A DNA stretch of 64,000 nucleotides from Felis catus (taxonomy: Eukaryota). The stretch is from the NCBI RefSeq assembly GCF_018350175.1, contig NC_058369.1:5210001-5274000 (forward strand). The letters are read 5' to 3'. Numbering within the stretch: position 1 is the first letter of the stretch; the number at the start of each line of letters is the position of its first letter. The notes under the pieces were generated by a model, which had not been told where the DNA came from, did not search any database, and saw nothing but the letters and a program-made list of their open reading frames with translations. Below, piece by piece: positions 1 to 12,342 of the stretch. The position numbers were made by a program, and so were the translations under genes.

Positions 1-702
1 AAGGAACTCAGCATTTTTAAATCAGTCATGCGTAATGGCACAGGGGAAGGATCCGGCTTGCCCTGTCTACTCGCAGAAATTGGGGCATCTCAGAACGCCT
101 GTATGGCAGGCCTGGTTCAGTGCAGGAAACAGTAATCACTCTAGCTATTTCAAATACGGAACAGGATGCCCACAAAATCACAGGGAGGGTTGGAGGCGTT
201 GAAGTCAGGGGTTTCCACTTGGGGTTTAGCTTCAAGATCAGCCCTCTGCAGCTGTAATCCAGAGGTCAGAAATTGCTGCTGTCGGATCACCCCACCTCCA
301 CACAATCGAAGAAGGGACAGCTAGAACGTGGAGTCCAGCCATAACTTGCTCCTGTCTAGAAGGCTGGTGTCTGCCTCCATTCTGCCTTCCAAAATTTTCA
401 TGCATATACCTCATTGGAAAACCTAAAGAACATCCAGGACCCTACCCCCAGGACATTATGGGAAATGTAGTTTATAGACACCCTGCCCTAATGTGACAGG
501 GGGTGGGGCACAGGACAGGAGTGGGAATGGGTGTTGATGGATGCCAAAGGGTGACGATGGACAATATCTCAGTCACTCTGAGTGTCAGAAGGAGAAAAGG
601 TCCCCGAGCCCTTTCTGCCCTGGTCAGGAGTCTGGATAATTCTTTTTTTCTGCCTGGAGGGATGTCGACCCTTCTGTGAATGATGTATCTGCTTCCTGAC
701 AG

Positions 703-897
703 ACGGAGTTACCCTTGTACATCATTAGCCACGTGGGTTTGATCATCTCCCTGGTGTGTCTCGTCTTGGCCATCGCCACCTTCCTGCTGTGTCGTGCCAT
801 TCACAACCACAACACCTACCTCCACCTGCACCTCTGCGTGTGCCTCTTCTTGGCCAAGACTCTCTTCCTCACCGGTGTAGACAAGACTGGCAACCAG
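703..897 (+). CDS. ADGRE1: ADGRE1 (EMR1/F4/80) internal coding exon, TM1-TM2 (TELPLYIISHVGLIISLVCLVLAIATFLLC...DKTGNQ)
   Basis: Acceptor ctgacAG at 701-702, donor GT at 898; 195 nt, phase 0/0. Translation matches recalled EMR1 TM1-TM2 (HNTYLHLHLCVCL.LAKTLFL). Confidence 0.95.
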
Positions 898-1154
898 GTC
901 TCACATCCCTCAGGCTGTGTCCTTGCCCAGCCCCACCATCTCCATATCTGCCCCTGCCCATCCTACCCAATTATCTCTATGCTAGGTCCCACCTCAGGAC
1001 CTTTGCACGTGCTATACCCTCTTTTGATAATACTTGTTCCCCAATTCTTTACCTGGTTTACTCATTCTTGTGATAGGTGTCAGTTTAAAATCATTTCCCT
1101 GGTCATGTTATATATTGTGGTGGTCTCTCCTATTATTCTTTAAACTGGTTATTA

Positions 1155-2010
1155 CCTTGGATGATTCTTACTCCTAGGGGACACTCAGCAATATCTAGAG
1201 ACATTATCGGTGGTTATCCCTGGGAGAGGGTGCTACTGACATCCAGTGGAGACTAGGGATGCTTCCAAACACCCTACAGTCCACAGAACAGCCCCCATGA
1301 AAGAAAATAATCTGGCAACAGTGTTACAAATGTCAACAATACCACAGCTGAGAAACTCTATCCCTTATCAGTCTATTTTTTCTCTTTCCCAGCTTTTATT
1401 TGAAACCATATTGATTATTTGTTGATTTACTTGCTGTATATTCCTCCCCCCCCAACACACACACAGTAGACTGTGAACCCCATGAGAGCAAGACCTTTGG
1501 CCAATTTACTCCTTATAGCTATACCAGAAACATAGTAGGTTCTTAGGGTTTTTCCAGAAGGAGCACTATTGACATTTTGGCTGGGGTGATCATTCTTTGT
1601 GCAGTTTACTGTCACATGTTTAGCGTCCCAGACCCCTTGAGAACTCAATGCTAGTACCACACGTCCCTCCCATCATTTGACCAGGAGCGAGCAAACTTTT
1701 TCTGTTTTAAAGAAGCAGGCATAAATATTTTTCGCTTTGCAGATCCTAGGGTCTCTGTCACAGCCACTCAACTTTGCTGTTTTAGCATGAAAACTGCCAC
1801 AGAAAATACAGAAATGGATATGGCTTTGTGCCAGTGAAACATTATTTACAAAACAGGCAGCCAGCCTGATGGCTATAGTGTGCTGACCCCTGCACTCAAT
1901 ATCTTCAAACATCCTCTGAAGTAGGGCGATCAGCTATCTGTTCTCAAAACTCTCCCGGTTTTAACACTGAAAAGTCCCATGTCCTGGGAGACACCAGTCC
2001 CGGGCAAACC
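1155..2010. mobile_element. Cluster of hAT MITE fossils (MER20-like about 1155-1360, MER58A-like about 1682-1892, MER96-like about 1922-2010)
   Basis: Recognised from recalled consensus segments; subfamily names are tentative. Confidence 0.55.
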
Positions 2011-2137
2011 CTACCAAAGGGATGAATGAGTAGGCTGTACTTGGAATTTCCAATCAAAGCAGCACCCCCGCCCTGTCATCTGAACCTGCTCCTTGGAGGG
2101 GGCGGGGGTCCTGAGTGGGTGTGCCTCTCTTCTCCAG

Positions 2138-2373
2138 ACGGGCTGTGCCATCATTGCAGGCTTCCTGCACTACCTTTTCCTCGCCTGCTTCTTCTGGATG
2201 CTGGTGGAGGCTGTGATGCTCTTTCTTATGGTCAGGAACCTGAAGGTGATGAATTACTTCAGCTCTCGCAACATCAAGATGTGGTACCTCTGTGCCTTTG
2301 GCTACGGGCTCCCAGGGCTGGTGGTGGCTGTCTCAGCCGGTGTGCGACCACAGGGTTACGGGATGCGTAATCG
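2138..2373 (+). CDS. ADGRE1: ADGRE1 coding exon, TM3-TM4 (TGCAIIAGFLHYLFLACFFWMLVEA...QGYGMRNR)
   Basis: Acceptor ttctccAG, donor CG|GTAAGT; 236 nt, phase 0/2. Contains the family B GPCR TM3 motif HYLFLACFFWMLVE. Confidence 0.97.
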
Positions 2374-4569
2374 GTAAGTCATATCCTTCTCTCTCCCTGA
2401 AGACCCTGCTGTCATGGTTCACGATGATAATTACATGAACAAGAAAAGCAGTAACATTAGTGGTAGTTGTGTCTACCATTTATTGAGCTCTTTATGCTTT
2501 GTGGGTCTCAGGGCTGCCGTGTCCAGTAGCACAACTTGCACACTGCACAACTCCAGGAGCCACTGTTTGCACTATAGAACAGGTGAACGGTGGTGGTGTA
2601 AACAATGAAACTCGGTTGTACAGTTTAAAAATCATGGATTCTGGAGCCAACCTGCTTGGGTTTGAATCCTGGTTCCACCACCTTCTAGCTGGGCTACCTT
2701 GGGCGAGTTACTTAACCTCTGTAGGCTTCCATTTCCTCATCCATACAATAGAAGCTAACAGCAGCGCCTACATCATAGTGTTGTGAGGGTTAAATGAGTT
2801 ATTATCTGCAAAACATTTAGAACGGTGTTTGTCACAGGGCTGCGTGCAAGATGATTTGGGGTAGTATGCTGGTAAGTATAATTTAAAAAATATTTTTGTA
2901 TTTATCTTATGGGGCATCAGGGGGAAAAAAATGCCAGCATACCAGCCACACTCATGATATAGACAGGAGTCCATTTGTAAGTTTTTAAAAAATGAACCAA
3001 CTTTTAAAATCAGGTGAATGACACGATAAGCAGTATGTGGCTAGGGCAGAGACTAAGTCACTGCATCATATGACAGACCCTGGAGATAGCGGTGCTGTTC
3101 TAATTTACAGATGAGGAAAGCGAAGCTTTCTTGCCATTACCGTGAGGACATAAATCTAGGTCTTTGCAATCCCAGGGCCCGCGCTCATCACCCTGTGTTA
3201 TAGGCATTGCTGACTTGTGGTTAGGGGACTAAATATTCAGCTTTCCTCCCTGCCTACTACTGATGGTTTATAGGTGAGGCCATGAGATAAGGGGTGAGGG
3301 AAAGGAATTCATAGTAAGTGAGCACTCATCAATTCTAAATCCTGTAAGCTGTACAAACATGTATTATCTCTGATACTTCTCAACAGAAATCCTATGTGCG
3401 AGGACTAAGAGTCTCCATTGCATACAGTGTAAATAATGTCCCCCAGATTTGGGCAGTGTGCAAACTGTGCTGCTGCACATGGTGGTGCATAAAGTAACAG
3501 CTTAATAAATGGTAGCTTCCGAGGAAATAGAGGCTCAGCGCAGTTGCCCAGGGTCACACAACTAGTAAATGTCCAAGCTGAGTTCGGATCTGACTGCCTT
3601 GTCAGGGGATGGCGGTGACAGTGCAAGGCCACCATGACGAAGTGCCTGATGTTGATGTGGGTAATATAAGCCCTGACACAGACCAGAGAAGGATGATAGT
3701 ATATGGGAGTGGGAAGGTTCATGGAAGGCTTCCTGGAGGATGTGGAATTTGAATGAGCCTTAAGCTCTATTGAAATGTACATAGGCAAAGAGGAAAGGTC
3801 GTGGCAACATAGGTGAGGGCAAGGGAGGGCTTAGGGTGTGTTTGGAGAGCAGATGGATAGGACTGAAAGATGGGGGGGAGAGGGGGAGGGGCATGGAATT
3901 TGGAGAATACCTTCTAGCTGGTGGGAACCACAGAACGTTTTGGAAGACAGGGGTAGTATTGAGAAGGATTTGAGATGACCTTAGGAAGAAGCACTGGGGA
4001 GTGGGGCGAGAGAAGGAGCAAACATGGGGTGCATTCTGAGCAGGTGCAGCTGTGGGTAACAGGCTCCATCCCAGTGGGTATCCCTGGGAAACTGTGTAGG
4101 GCATGTGCCTCCAAAATCCCACCCAGGGGGCATATTTATACATCTCTGTCGCAGCAGCCATTGGTCGAGGGCTGCTCCCGGGAGAACTAATTCTCCAGGG
4201 TTTTCAGTCTGATGCCTCCAGGAGGAGTTGCAGAAGCTTATAAGGAAATTGGCTGCTATTTATTGAAGCTGTTGTTCCTGAAACAGCAGAGACGGCTTCT
4301 TCTGTGCAATCTCCACCTTTTTTATTGCTACGACTTGGAGAATCACGTTCCGGGGAGAGAACATCTGGTTGGCCAACCTTGATTATTTTCCTTCTCTTGT
4401 GGGGGCGAGGCACACTTCCGCTGAAGGAATATTGGGGTGCGGTTCCTGGACGCGGGTGGAATGGTTGTCAGATGGTAAAAACAGCAAAAATCTACCAGAG
4501 GCCTGAAGGAAAGAGGCAATGCCTTCTCTCCCTCCTAGTCCTTCCTCCCTTCATTTAAGAAATAATTAC

Positions 4570-4795
4570 GGGGGCGCCTGGGTGGCGCAGTCGGTTAAGC
4601 GTCCGACTTCAGCCAGGTCGCGATCTCGCGGTCCGTGAGTTCGAGCCCCGCGTCGGGCTCTGGGCTGATGGCTCAGAGCCTGGAGCCTGTTTCCGATTCT
4701 GTGTCTCCCTCTCTCTCTGCCCCTCCCCCGTTCATGCTCTGTCTCTCTCTGTCCCAAAAATAAATAAACGTTGAAAAAAAATTAAAAAAAAAAAA
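4570..4795 (+). mobile_element. Young felid CAN-SINE
   Basis: Head ggggcgcctgggtggcgcagtcggttaagcgtccgact, CpGs intact, TSD aagaaataatta at 4557-4568 and 4796-4807. Confidence 0.95.
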
Positions 4796-5362
4796 AAGAA
4801 ATAATTATGGAATGCCTCATCCATGCCAGGCTTTGCACTGAGTGCTGGGTATTTGGAGAAAAACAAAAGCTCGAGGCCCAGATTCTCATACAGCTCATAG
4901 TCTGGAAAGGCGGAGAAGGACAATTTTCAAGGAAACAAACACCACCATGATTTATGATACCGAGAGATGCTATAAAAAAAGAAAAGCATTATGCTCTGCT
5001 AGAAAAAGACGAGGGGTAGGGAGGGTCCCTAGGGGCTTTTCAGAGGAGGTGACATTAGAGCTGAGATTTGAACGACCAGGTGTGCCAGTAAAGAGGTCTC
5101 AACAGAAGGGAAGAGGTTGCAAAGGTTACGGGCTGAGGGCGAGCTCTACTCTGGACACCGCGTGAACACTTCAGGAACGTTTGCACAGGAAGAAGGTCTG
5201 ACAGCAGACGTGGGCCAAAGAAAACTGAACTGTCACCCGCCCCATCATGAGAGCATCTCAGGGTCGGCTGCCTATAATATCCTCCATTAGTGGATTGGTT
5301 GGGGCCTGAGTAACTGTAGGGTCAAGAACTAAACAGTCACCGATTCCTGTTTCTCTTGGTAG

Positions 5363-5429
5363 CTGTTGGCTGAACACAGAGAGAGGGTTCGTCTGGAGCT
5401 TCCTGGGACCAGTCTGCGCCATCATCCTG
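5363..5429 (+). CDS. ADGRE1: ADGRE1 coding exon, ECL2-TM5 ([22 protein letters not shown])
   Basis: Acceptor cttggtAG, donor GTAAGC; 67 nt, phase 2/0, in frame with both neighbours. Not in the ORF track. Confidence 0.95.
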
Positions 5430-6034
5430 GTAAGCAAATTGCTTGGTGCAGGGTGTTCGGGAGCAGAAACAAGGAAACCCAAGGAACCAAGAAGTGCCAG
5501 TGAATGTTGCCTATAGCTGAGGTCAAACATTCTCCCTTCTGATCCCTGGTTCTTGAGATTTCCAAATTAGAGTGCAATTTCTTTGACTTGTGATTTTTTT
5601 TTTCTTTCCTCTGCCAACATGCAAATCCCCTGGAGGGGAACACAATCTTATCTGTCTGTTGTGTTTCAGTAAGAATGGGTCTATTGATGTCTTCTGGGGT
5701 GAATGAGAGAAAAGGAAGGAAGGAAATGGAGAGAAATTGGTTGGGGGGGGGGTGGTGAGAAGAAAACAGTGGGATGGAAGAAAGGGAAGCCTAGAGATTT
5801 TTTTCAGCTTTTTTCAGCTTTATTGAGATATAACTGACAAATAAAAATTGTGTATCACAAACATAGTATCCACAGTATCACAACTGGGTGGCTTAGAACA
5901 ACAGAATTTGGCATCCTCCAGGAAGACTTCCATGAACGTTCCCACTCCAGTTTTGGAGGCTGGAAGTGTAAAATCAATGGGTTGGCAGGGCTATGTCCCC
6001 TCTGGAAGCCCAGGAGAAGGATATGTTCCAGTCT

Positions 6035-6247
6035 TATTTTCTCTATTTTTTATTTTGTGTGACACAGGGGGCAGGGGGAGAGGCGAAGGGCAGGGGGTGG
6101 AGAGAGACAGAGGGAGAGAGAATCCCAAGCAGGCTCCACACTCAACATAGAGCCTGATGTGGGGCTCAATCCCACGACCCTGGGATCACGACCTCAGCCT
6201 AAATCAAGAGTCAGTAGCTCAACCAACTGAGCCATCCAGGTGCCCCT
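6035..6247 (-). mobile_element. Older CAN-SINE inserted in an LTR (MaLR-like) fossil
   Basis: Reverse-complement SINE head ending gagccatccaggtgcccc. Confidence 0.8.
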
Positions 6248-6997
6248 CCATTCCAGTCTTCTAACCAAGAGACTGGTAGACTCAGGAGTCCCTTGGCTTA
6301 TCGATGTTTGGCTTTCTCTGTGCACGTCTGCCTCTGTGTCCAAATCTGCCTGTTTTATAAGGTTATGTGGGATTAGGGTCTGCTCTAATGACTTATTTTA
6401 ATTTGATCACCTCTGGTAAAGACCCTATCTCCAAATAAGATCACATTCTGAGCTCCTGGGGATTAGGTCTTCAACGGTTCAACCCAAACAAGGCACTGAT
6501 CTTGATTCTAACTTCCCATTTGCCTCCATATGGGATGGAAACCAGGGGAGAGTACCCAAATGAGAACAAGTAAAGGCTCCCTATTGCTATAGTAAGGGAG
6601 TTGGCCACCACCACTTGCAGTGAGTAGAGACTCAGAAGCAGGGAGAGGAGCGGGGAGGCTTTTTCGGGGGAAAAAAGAAGGCTTCCGGTGTGCCTGGTTG
6701 GAGGCTGGAGGCCTTGGGACTCTATAGGCAGGCTAACTCAAAGCAGGACGTCCTATGCAAATGCTTAGGGGGAGCATATTGGCTTTTTCCTTTGGGTCCT
6801 ATGTTGGAAATGAGGGCAGAAGTTAGGGAGGCTGTGAGCCCACAATCAACAGCTGGCTGTTTAGGGTTGACTGCCGGAGGGCTTATTACTTGGCTTCCTG
6901 GAGTGATAGCCGCACACTATGGGTTTTTGACGGGTGGTCTGGCCGTTGCCCATTTGTGCACACCCAACACCCCAGTCCTTTCTGCTTGACTCGGTAG

Positions 6998-7089
6998 ATC
7001 AATTCCATCCTCCTGACTTGCACGTTGTGTATCCTGAGGCAGAAGCTTTCCAGTGTCAATGCTGAAGTCTCCACGCTCAAAGACACCAG
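6998..7089 (+). CDS. ADGRE1: ADGRE1 coding exon, end of TM5-ICL3 (INSILLTCTLCILRQKLSSVNAEVSTLKDTR)
   Basis: Acceptor tcggtAG, donor AG|GTACAG; 92 nt, phase 0/2. Confidence 0.95.
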
Positions 7090-7424
7090 GTACAGTCCTG
7101 CCTTCCCCTCCTCTCTCTCGGTCTCCTTCATTCTTCCCACAAACATTCCCTGAGTACCTTTTGTGTGCTTAGTCCTGTGCCCGGGACAGAACAGCACAGT
7201 TTCTAGATCTGGGGTCTCAGACACCAGGTCTGCCACTTACAAGCTGTGTGGCCTTAGGCAAGTTACACAACCTCTCTGAAACTGTTTCCTCATCTGTATA
7301 CTGGGGATATTAACATTGCCCACTTACTGTGGCTTATGAAGCATTAATACAGTTACTAGGAAGGGTGAGTATTTCATATATTGTAACCATTAATACATTT
7401 TCTAATTCATTTACTGCACATAAC

Positions 7425-7476
<52 letters not shown>

Positions 7477-7480
<4 letters not shown>

Positions 7481-7672
7481 TATGTTTGGGACAGAGAGAG
7501 ACAGAGCATGAACAGGGGAGGGGCAGAGAGAGAGGGAGACACAGAATCGGAAACAGGCTCCAGGCTCTGAGCCATCAGCCCAGAGCCTGACGCGGGGCTC
7601 GAACTCACGGACCGCGAGATCGTGACCTGGCTGAAGTCGGACGCTTAACCGACTGCGCCACCCAGGTGCCCC
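7477..7672 (-). mobile_element. Young felid CAN-SINE with adjacent (TA)n at 7433-7476
   Basis: Reverse-complement SINE; TSD aactatatgtgtatat at 7422 and 7673. Confidence 0.93.
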
Positions 7673-8290
7673 AACTATATGTGTATATTTACAAAAATAG
7701 AAGCATACTATCTACTCAATTTTTAGGGCCATTTTTTCTCTTAATGTCATGAATATTTTTTCTATTTAGAAATTCTTTGACAACATCTTTCTCATTTTTT
7801 GTAAAGCATTTCAGTATAATAATGCAGCACAACTTATTTAAATCATGCCTTATTCATGGACATTCAAGTTGTTACTGTTTTGTTTTTTTTTGAGGGGGGA
7901 AGGGGAGGGCTATTATAAACGGTGTGGTCTCAAATACCCTTGTAGATAGATCTTTTTCCACATCTGTGGTTATTTGATCATAACAGTAGGCATGAAATTG
8001 CCTGAGTTAAAGGGCAGGTTGGATTGTCATACTTTTAGTATATATTGCAAGTTGTTTTCTAGAAAATTTGTTTCCATTTGCAGGAGTGCTTGCTTACCTA
8101 CAGCTTAGCCAACACTGGGGTTTATCATTTTTGTTGTGATGTTTTGCTGATATAATAGTGAAATATACTATCCTATTATTTTAGTTCTGTCTATATTACA
8201 GATGTGGGACATTTTCATAATCTTATAGACTATTTGTGTTTGTAACTTCATCACTCAACTAATCTTCACTTTAAGAACCTACCAAAGTCA

Positions 8291-8492
8291 GGGGCATCTG
8301 GGTGGCTCAGTCAGTTAAGTGTCTGACTTCGTCTCAGGTCATGATCTCATGGTTCATGAGTTTGAGCCCCACATTTGGCTCTCCGCTCTCAGTGCAGAGC
8401 CTGCTTTGGATCCTATCTCCCCCTCTCTCTGCCCCTCCCCAGCTTGTATGCACTCTCTCTCTGTGTCAGAAATAAATAAACATTAAAAAAAA
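8291..8492 (+). mobile_element. CAN-SINE
   Basis: SINE head and tail; TSD aagaacctaccaaagtca on both sides. Confidence 0.92.
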
Positions 8493-9878
8493 AAGAACCT
8501 ACCAAAGTCAGACATTGTCTAGGTTTTATTGTCAGGAACCATATAGATGTCCTTTGCTTGTTTTCCTATCAGTGTCCAGTCCCTCATCCATCTTAAAATT
8601 TGAATATTTAAATATTTTTAAATTTTAAATTTTAAATATTTAAAAGTTGATACAGAAAGTTGAAAACAAAGTTAATACATGCAATGGTAAGAAAAATTAA
8701 TCAGTACAAAAGAGAATACATGGGAAATAATTCTCTCTTCCCAGATCTCTCCCACCCTAAGCAGCCATTATCACTTGAATTGAGCTTCCTTCTAGAATAT
8801 TCTATACTTACACATCCACATTCTGATTACATAAATGATAGGATATTATACATATCATTCTGAACTTTTTTTTCCCCTACATAATAGGTAGCTGATTTCA
8901 TCTCAATACTTGTGGTTAAAAACTAACAAAAATGGTTTTTTGCCAGACACTGCTGTAAGCATCCTTAGAGACTTATCATCTCATTTAATCTGTAGAACAA
9001 TTAATACCACCCTGTAGGTATTGTATTATTATCTCTATACCAACTTGAAGAAACTGAGGCACAAATCCACAGGTGTTCAGAGCCTGTACCCTTACCCCCT
9101 ATAGTATATGGTCACTCTCATCTCATTTAAAAAAATGATTTTATAATTTGCTTTTAGTCTCTATAGATTTGCCTAGTCTGGATATTTCCTACAAATGGAA
9201 GCATATACTCTGTGTCCTTCTAGGTCTGACTTCTTTCACTGAGCATAATGTCTTCAAGTTTCGTCCACATTGTAGCAGGTTATCAGCCGTCATTCCTTCT
9301 TATGGCTAATACTGTACTGTATGGACAGACCATGTTTTGCTTTATCCATTCATCAACAGATGAACCTTTGGGTTGCTTTAGTTGGGGGAAGAGTGGGGTG
9401 GGGAACGAATGCTTCATAGGTGTAGGTTTCTTTTCGGGGAGATAAAACTGTCTTAGAACTGGGCGGTGATGATGTTTGTACAGCATTGTGAATGTGCCGA
9501 ATCCCACTGAATCGCACACTTTAAATGGTTAAAATAGTGCATTTTATGTTATGTGAGTTTTTCTCCAAGAAAAATGTCATCGTATTTCATACTTATGGCG
9601 TCACCATTCCCCAGCTCTTGGACCTGCGGGTCCTCCACGCATTCAATCGCTCTAAACAATATTGCATTATGTATACATCCGCACATCTTTGTGCATTGTG
9701 TATCTGTAGGCCAGCTGCCTTTTAAATACCAATAGGATTCGATTTCCCTGCCTCTGGGCTTGCAGACTCTACCCCACGTTTCTTCCCCCCCAGGTGGCTG
9801 GTGATATGGTGGCAGCCTGGTCCATGAGGACAACAGCCACTTCCAGGAACCTTATCCTCTGTAAATCTCTCCCCCCAG

Positions 9879-10047
9879 GTTACTGACGTTCAAGGCGTTT
9901 GCCCAGCTCTTCATCCTGGGGTGCTCCTGGGTGTTGGGCATTTTCCAGATTGGATCCATGGCCAGTATCATGGCCTACCTGTTCACCATCATCAACAGCC
10001 TGCAGGGGACCTTTATCTTCATCATTCACTGTCTGCTCAACCGCCAG
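9879..10047 (+). CDS. ADGRE1: ADGRE1 coding exon, TM6-TM7 ([25 protein letters not shown]...[18 protein letters not shown])
   Basis: Acceptor ccccccAG, donor CAG|GTACAG; 169 nt, phase 2/0. Contains the TM7 motif NSLQG. Confidence 0.97.
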
Positions 10048-10156
10048 GTACAGCGCTGCCCTTCCTGAGCCCGTCCTTCTGGGGAACACACCTGTGTCAG
10101 CCACATGCCTGCATCTAGGAATAACTCATCTCCTTGTGACCTGTCTCTTCCTCCAG

Positions 10157-10261
10157 GTGCGGGAAGAATACAGGAAGTGCATTACCAGGAAGACGAAACG
10201 TAGCCCTGAGTCCCAGACCTCAGGGATGTTACTGTCCTCTGTCCCCTCCACCTCTAAATCG
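10157..10261 (+). CDS. ADGRE1: ADGRE1 coding exon, cytoplasmic tail (VREEYRKCITRKTKRSPESQTSGMLLSSVPSTSKS)
   Basis: Acceptor ctccAG after a 109-nt intron, donor GTGAGA; 105 nt, phase 0/0. Confidence 0.95.
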
Positions 10262-10589
10262 GTGAGAGACAGTGTGCTTTATGCAGCTTCCGTTCGAATG
10301 GAATCGCCACTTCTTAGCAATACCATTACTGTGCACGGAGAACCTGCTGTGAGCTGTGTGTCCACGTATATCTGCACATTCGATAAGTGTGGGGTTCAAG
10401 AGTTGGGGTCCAGGAGCCAGGCAGCCTGGGCTCAAATCCCAGCTTTGCCCCATGGTAGCTGTGTGAACTGAAGAAGATAAAATGACTTATATAGATAAAA
10501 GATGAGAATACATTAAGGATTTTATTCTACTCATTAATCAGTGAGGAAGTGAGGCAGATGTTAAACTGGCTCAAAAGAAAATTCACAGA

Positions 10590-10735
10590 ACATACATACA
10601 TATGATGTAATGTATATTATGTATTATGTAATAGGTATCATATATATCTCATATATTGCATACATTATACATAGTATACATTATATATATATATATATAT
10701 ATATATTTATGTAATACATATACGTATATATAATG

Positions 10736-10788
<53 letters not shown>

Positions 10789-10800
10789 TGTATTACATAA
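10590..10800. repeat. (TA)n/(CA)n low-complexity tract
   Basis: Directly visible. Confidence 0.9.
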
Positions 10801-10867
10801 AACAGACATAGGTCTGTTCCTTGCATTCTTTTTTGAACCAGTTATAACATCTTGTCGATAATTTTAT

Positions 10868-11120
10868 AGGGGCACCTGGGTGGCTCAGTCGGTTAAGCGT
10901 CCGACTTCGGCTCAGGTCATGATCTCGGTCCGTGAGTTCGATCCCCGCGTCGGGCTCTGTGCTGCCAGCTCAGAGCCTGGAGCCTGTTTCCAATTCTGTG
11001 TCTCCCTCTCTCTGACCCTCTCCTGTTCATGCTCTGTCTCTCCTTGTCTCAAAAATAAATAAAGTGTTAAAAAAAATTAAAAAATAAAAAATAAATAAAA
11101 AATAAATAAAATTAAAAAAA
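10868..11120 (+). mobile_element. CAN-SINE in the last ADGRE1 intron
   Basis: SINE head, A-rich tail; flanking repeat gataattttata. Confidence 0.92.
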
Positions 11121-11249
11121 GATAATTTTATATATAATCACAAATATAAATAGAATTATACATATAATTATAGTTATATATTATATAATTATACAGTTAT
11201 ATACAATATATAAAATTTCATATTATATAGTATGAAAGCGAATTATTTA

Positions 11250-11465
11250 AATTTTTTTTTCAATGTTTTTTATTTATTTTGGGACAGAGAGAGACAGAGC
11301 ATGAACGGGGGAGGGGCAGAGAGAGAGGGAGACACAGAATCGGAAACAGGCTCCAGGCTCCAAGCCATCAGCCCAGAGCCTGACGCGGGGCTCGAACTCA
11401 AGGACCGCGAGATCGTGACCTGGCTGAAGTCGGACGCTTAACCGACTGCGCCACCCAGGCGACCC
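11250..11465 (-). mobile_element. Young felid CAN-SINE in the last ADGRE1 intron
   Basis: TSD tgaaagcgaattatttaaa on both sides. Confidence 0.95.
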
Positions 11466-12336
11466 TGAAAGCGAATTATTTAAATGTATGGATTACATGA
11501 CTTACACTACACATATTTAATTTCAGAAACATTGAAATGAATGTGCAAATGGAAGCAAGACTGATTTTTACACATAATTCCACGATTTTGCATTACTATC
11601 ATTGCTATTTAAAATCTATAGAGTTGTAAAATTGCACTTTACACAATAGCTCTCCTATCCCCCATTACAATTTTTTATTTTTTTCACTGATTTATTCCAA
11701 GAACAAGTAACTAAGATTCAGTGGCTTAATTAAATAGGAAAAAAACTCATTTTTTTTTTTTTTTTTGCAAGAATAGAAGCCCAGAGTTAGGTGCTGCTGA
11801 TATTGGTTATGTTGCTCAGGGGTGTTGGAAAGGACCTAGGTTTTCTCTACTTTTGCATTCCACTATGAGCTTGTTGACTTTTCATCAGAGGATTTTCATG
11901 GTTGTAAGATGGTTGCCATAGCTCCGGACATCACGACCACGTTGAAGGCAAGAAGAGGGGTAGGGAGAAGCCACAGACTCTCCTTCCACAGGAAATAAAA
12001 CCTTTCCCAGAAACCCCTCATTGGGCTTCCCTTCTACTAATTGGTCAGAACTGTATCACCTGACCATACATACTTACAAAGAAATTTGACAAAGCAAGTA
12101 TTTGGCTTTTAATAGTGGAAGCTATTAATGGTGAAGAGGTTGAGAATAGCTTTAGAGTTTGCCATCAGTGCCTACCACGGCAGAGACTGCCCTGTTAAAG
12201 TTTTAATGTTTATCTTTCTAGTGTTTGTTTCCATATTTCTCTCTCTGTATTTATAAGACCCAAGTATTTCTAAAACCCTTAGACTTACATTGTACTCGTC
12301 CTGCTGCTGATTCTAATTCTGATTTCTCTCTCACAG

Positions 12337-12342
12337 GGCTAA
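12337..12342 (+). CDS. ADGRE1: ADGRE1 terminal coding exon: Gly + stop (GGC TAA), followed by about 450 nt of 3' UTR
   Basis: Strong acceptor tttctctctcacAG at 12335-12336. Gives a C-terminus ...STSKSG*, like the recalled EMR1 ending ...SASKTG*. Confidence 0.85.
   Translation, partial: G

Noticed and set aside
4570..4640. tRNA-like A/B-box sequences at SINE heads
   Set aside because: tRNA-derived SINE heads, not tRNA genes.
4566..4757. Recurrent ORFs such as GQRETEHERGRGRERGRHRIGNRLQ and MAQSVKRPTSAQVMIS that look like a multi-copy gene family or repeat array
   Set aside because: They are translations of dispersed CAN-SINEs. They are not genes, and they lack the regular repeat-spacer structure of a CRISPR array.
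9899..10471. 190-aa ORF, one of the longest outside L1
   Set aside because: Chimeric: wrong frame over the TM6-7 exon, then intron, then the true C-tail exon, then intron read-through.
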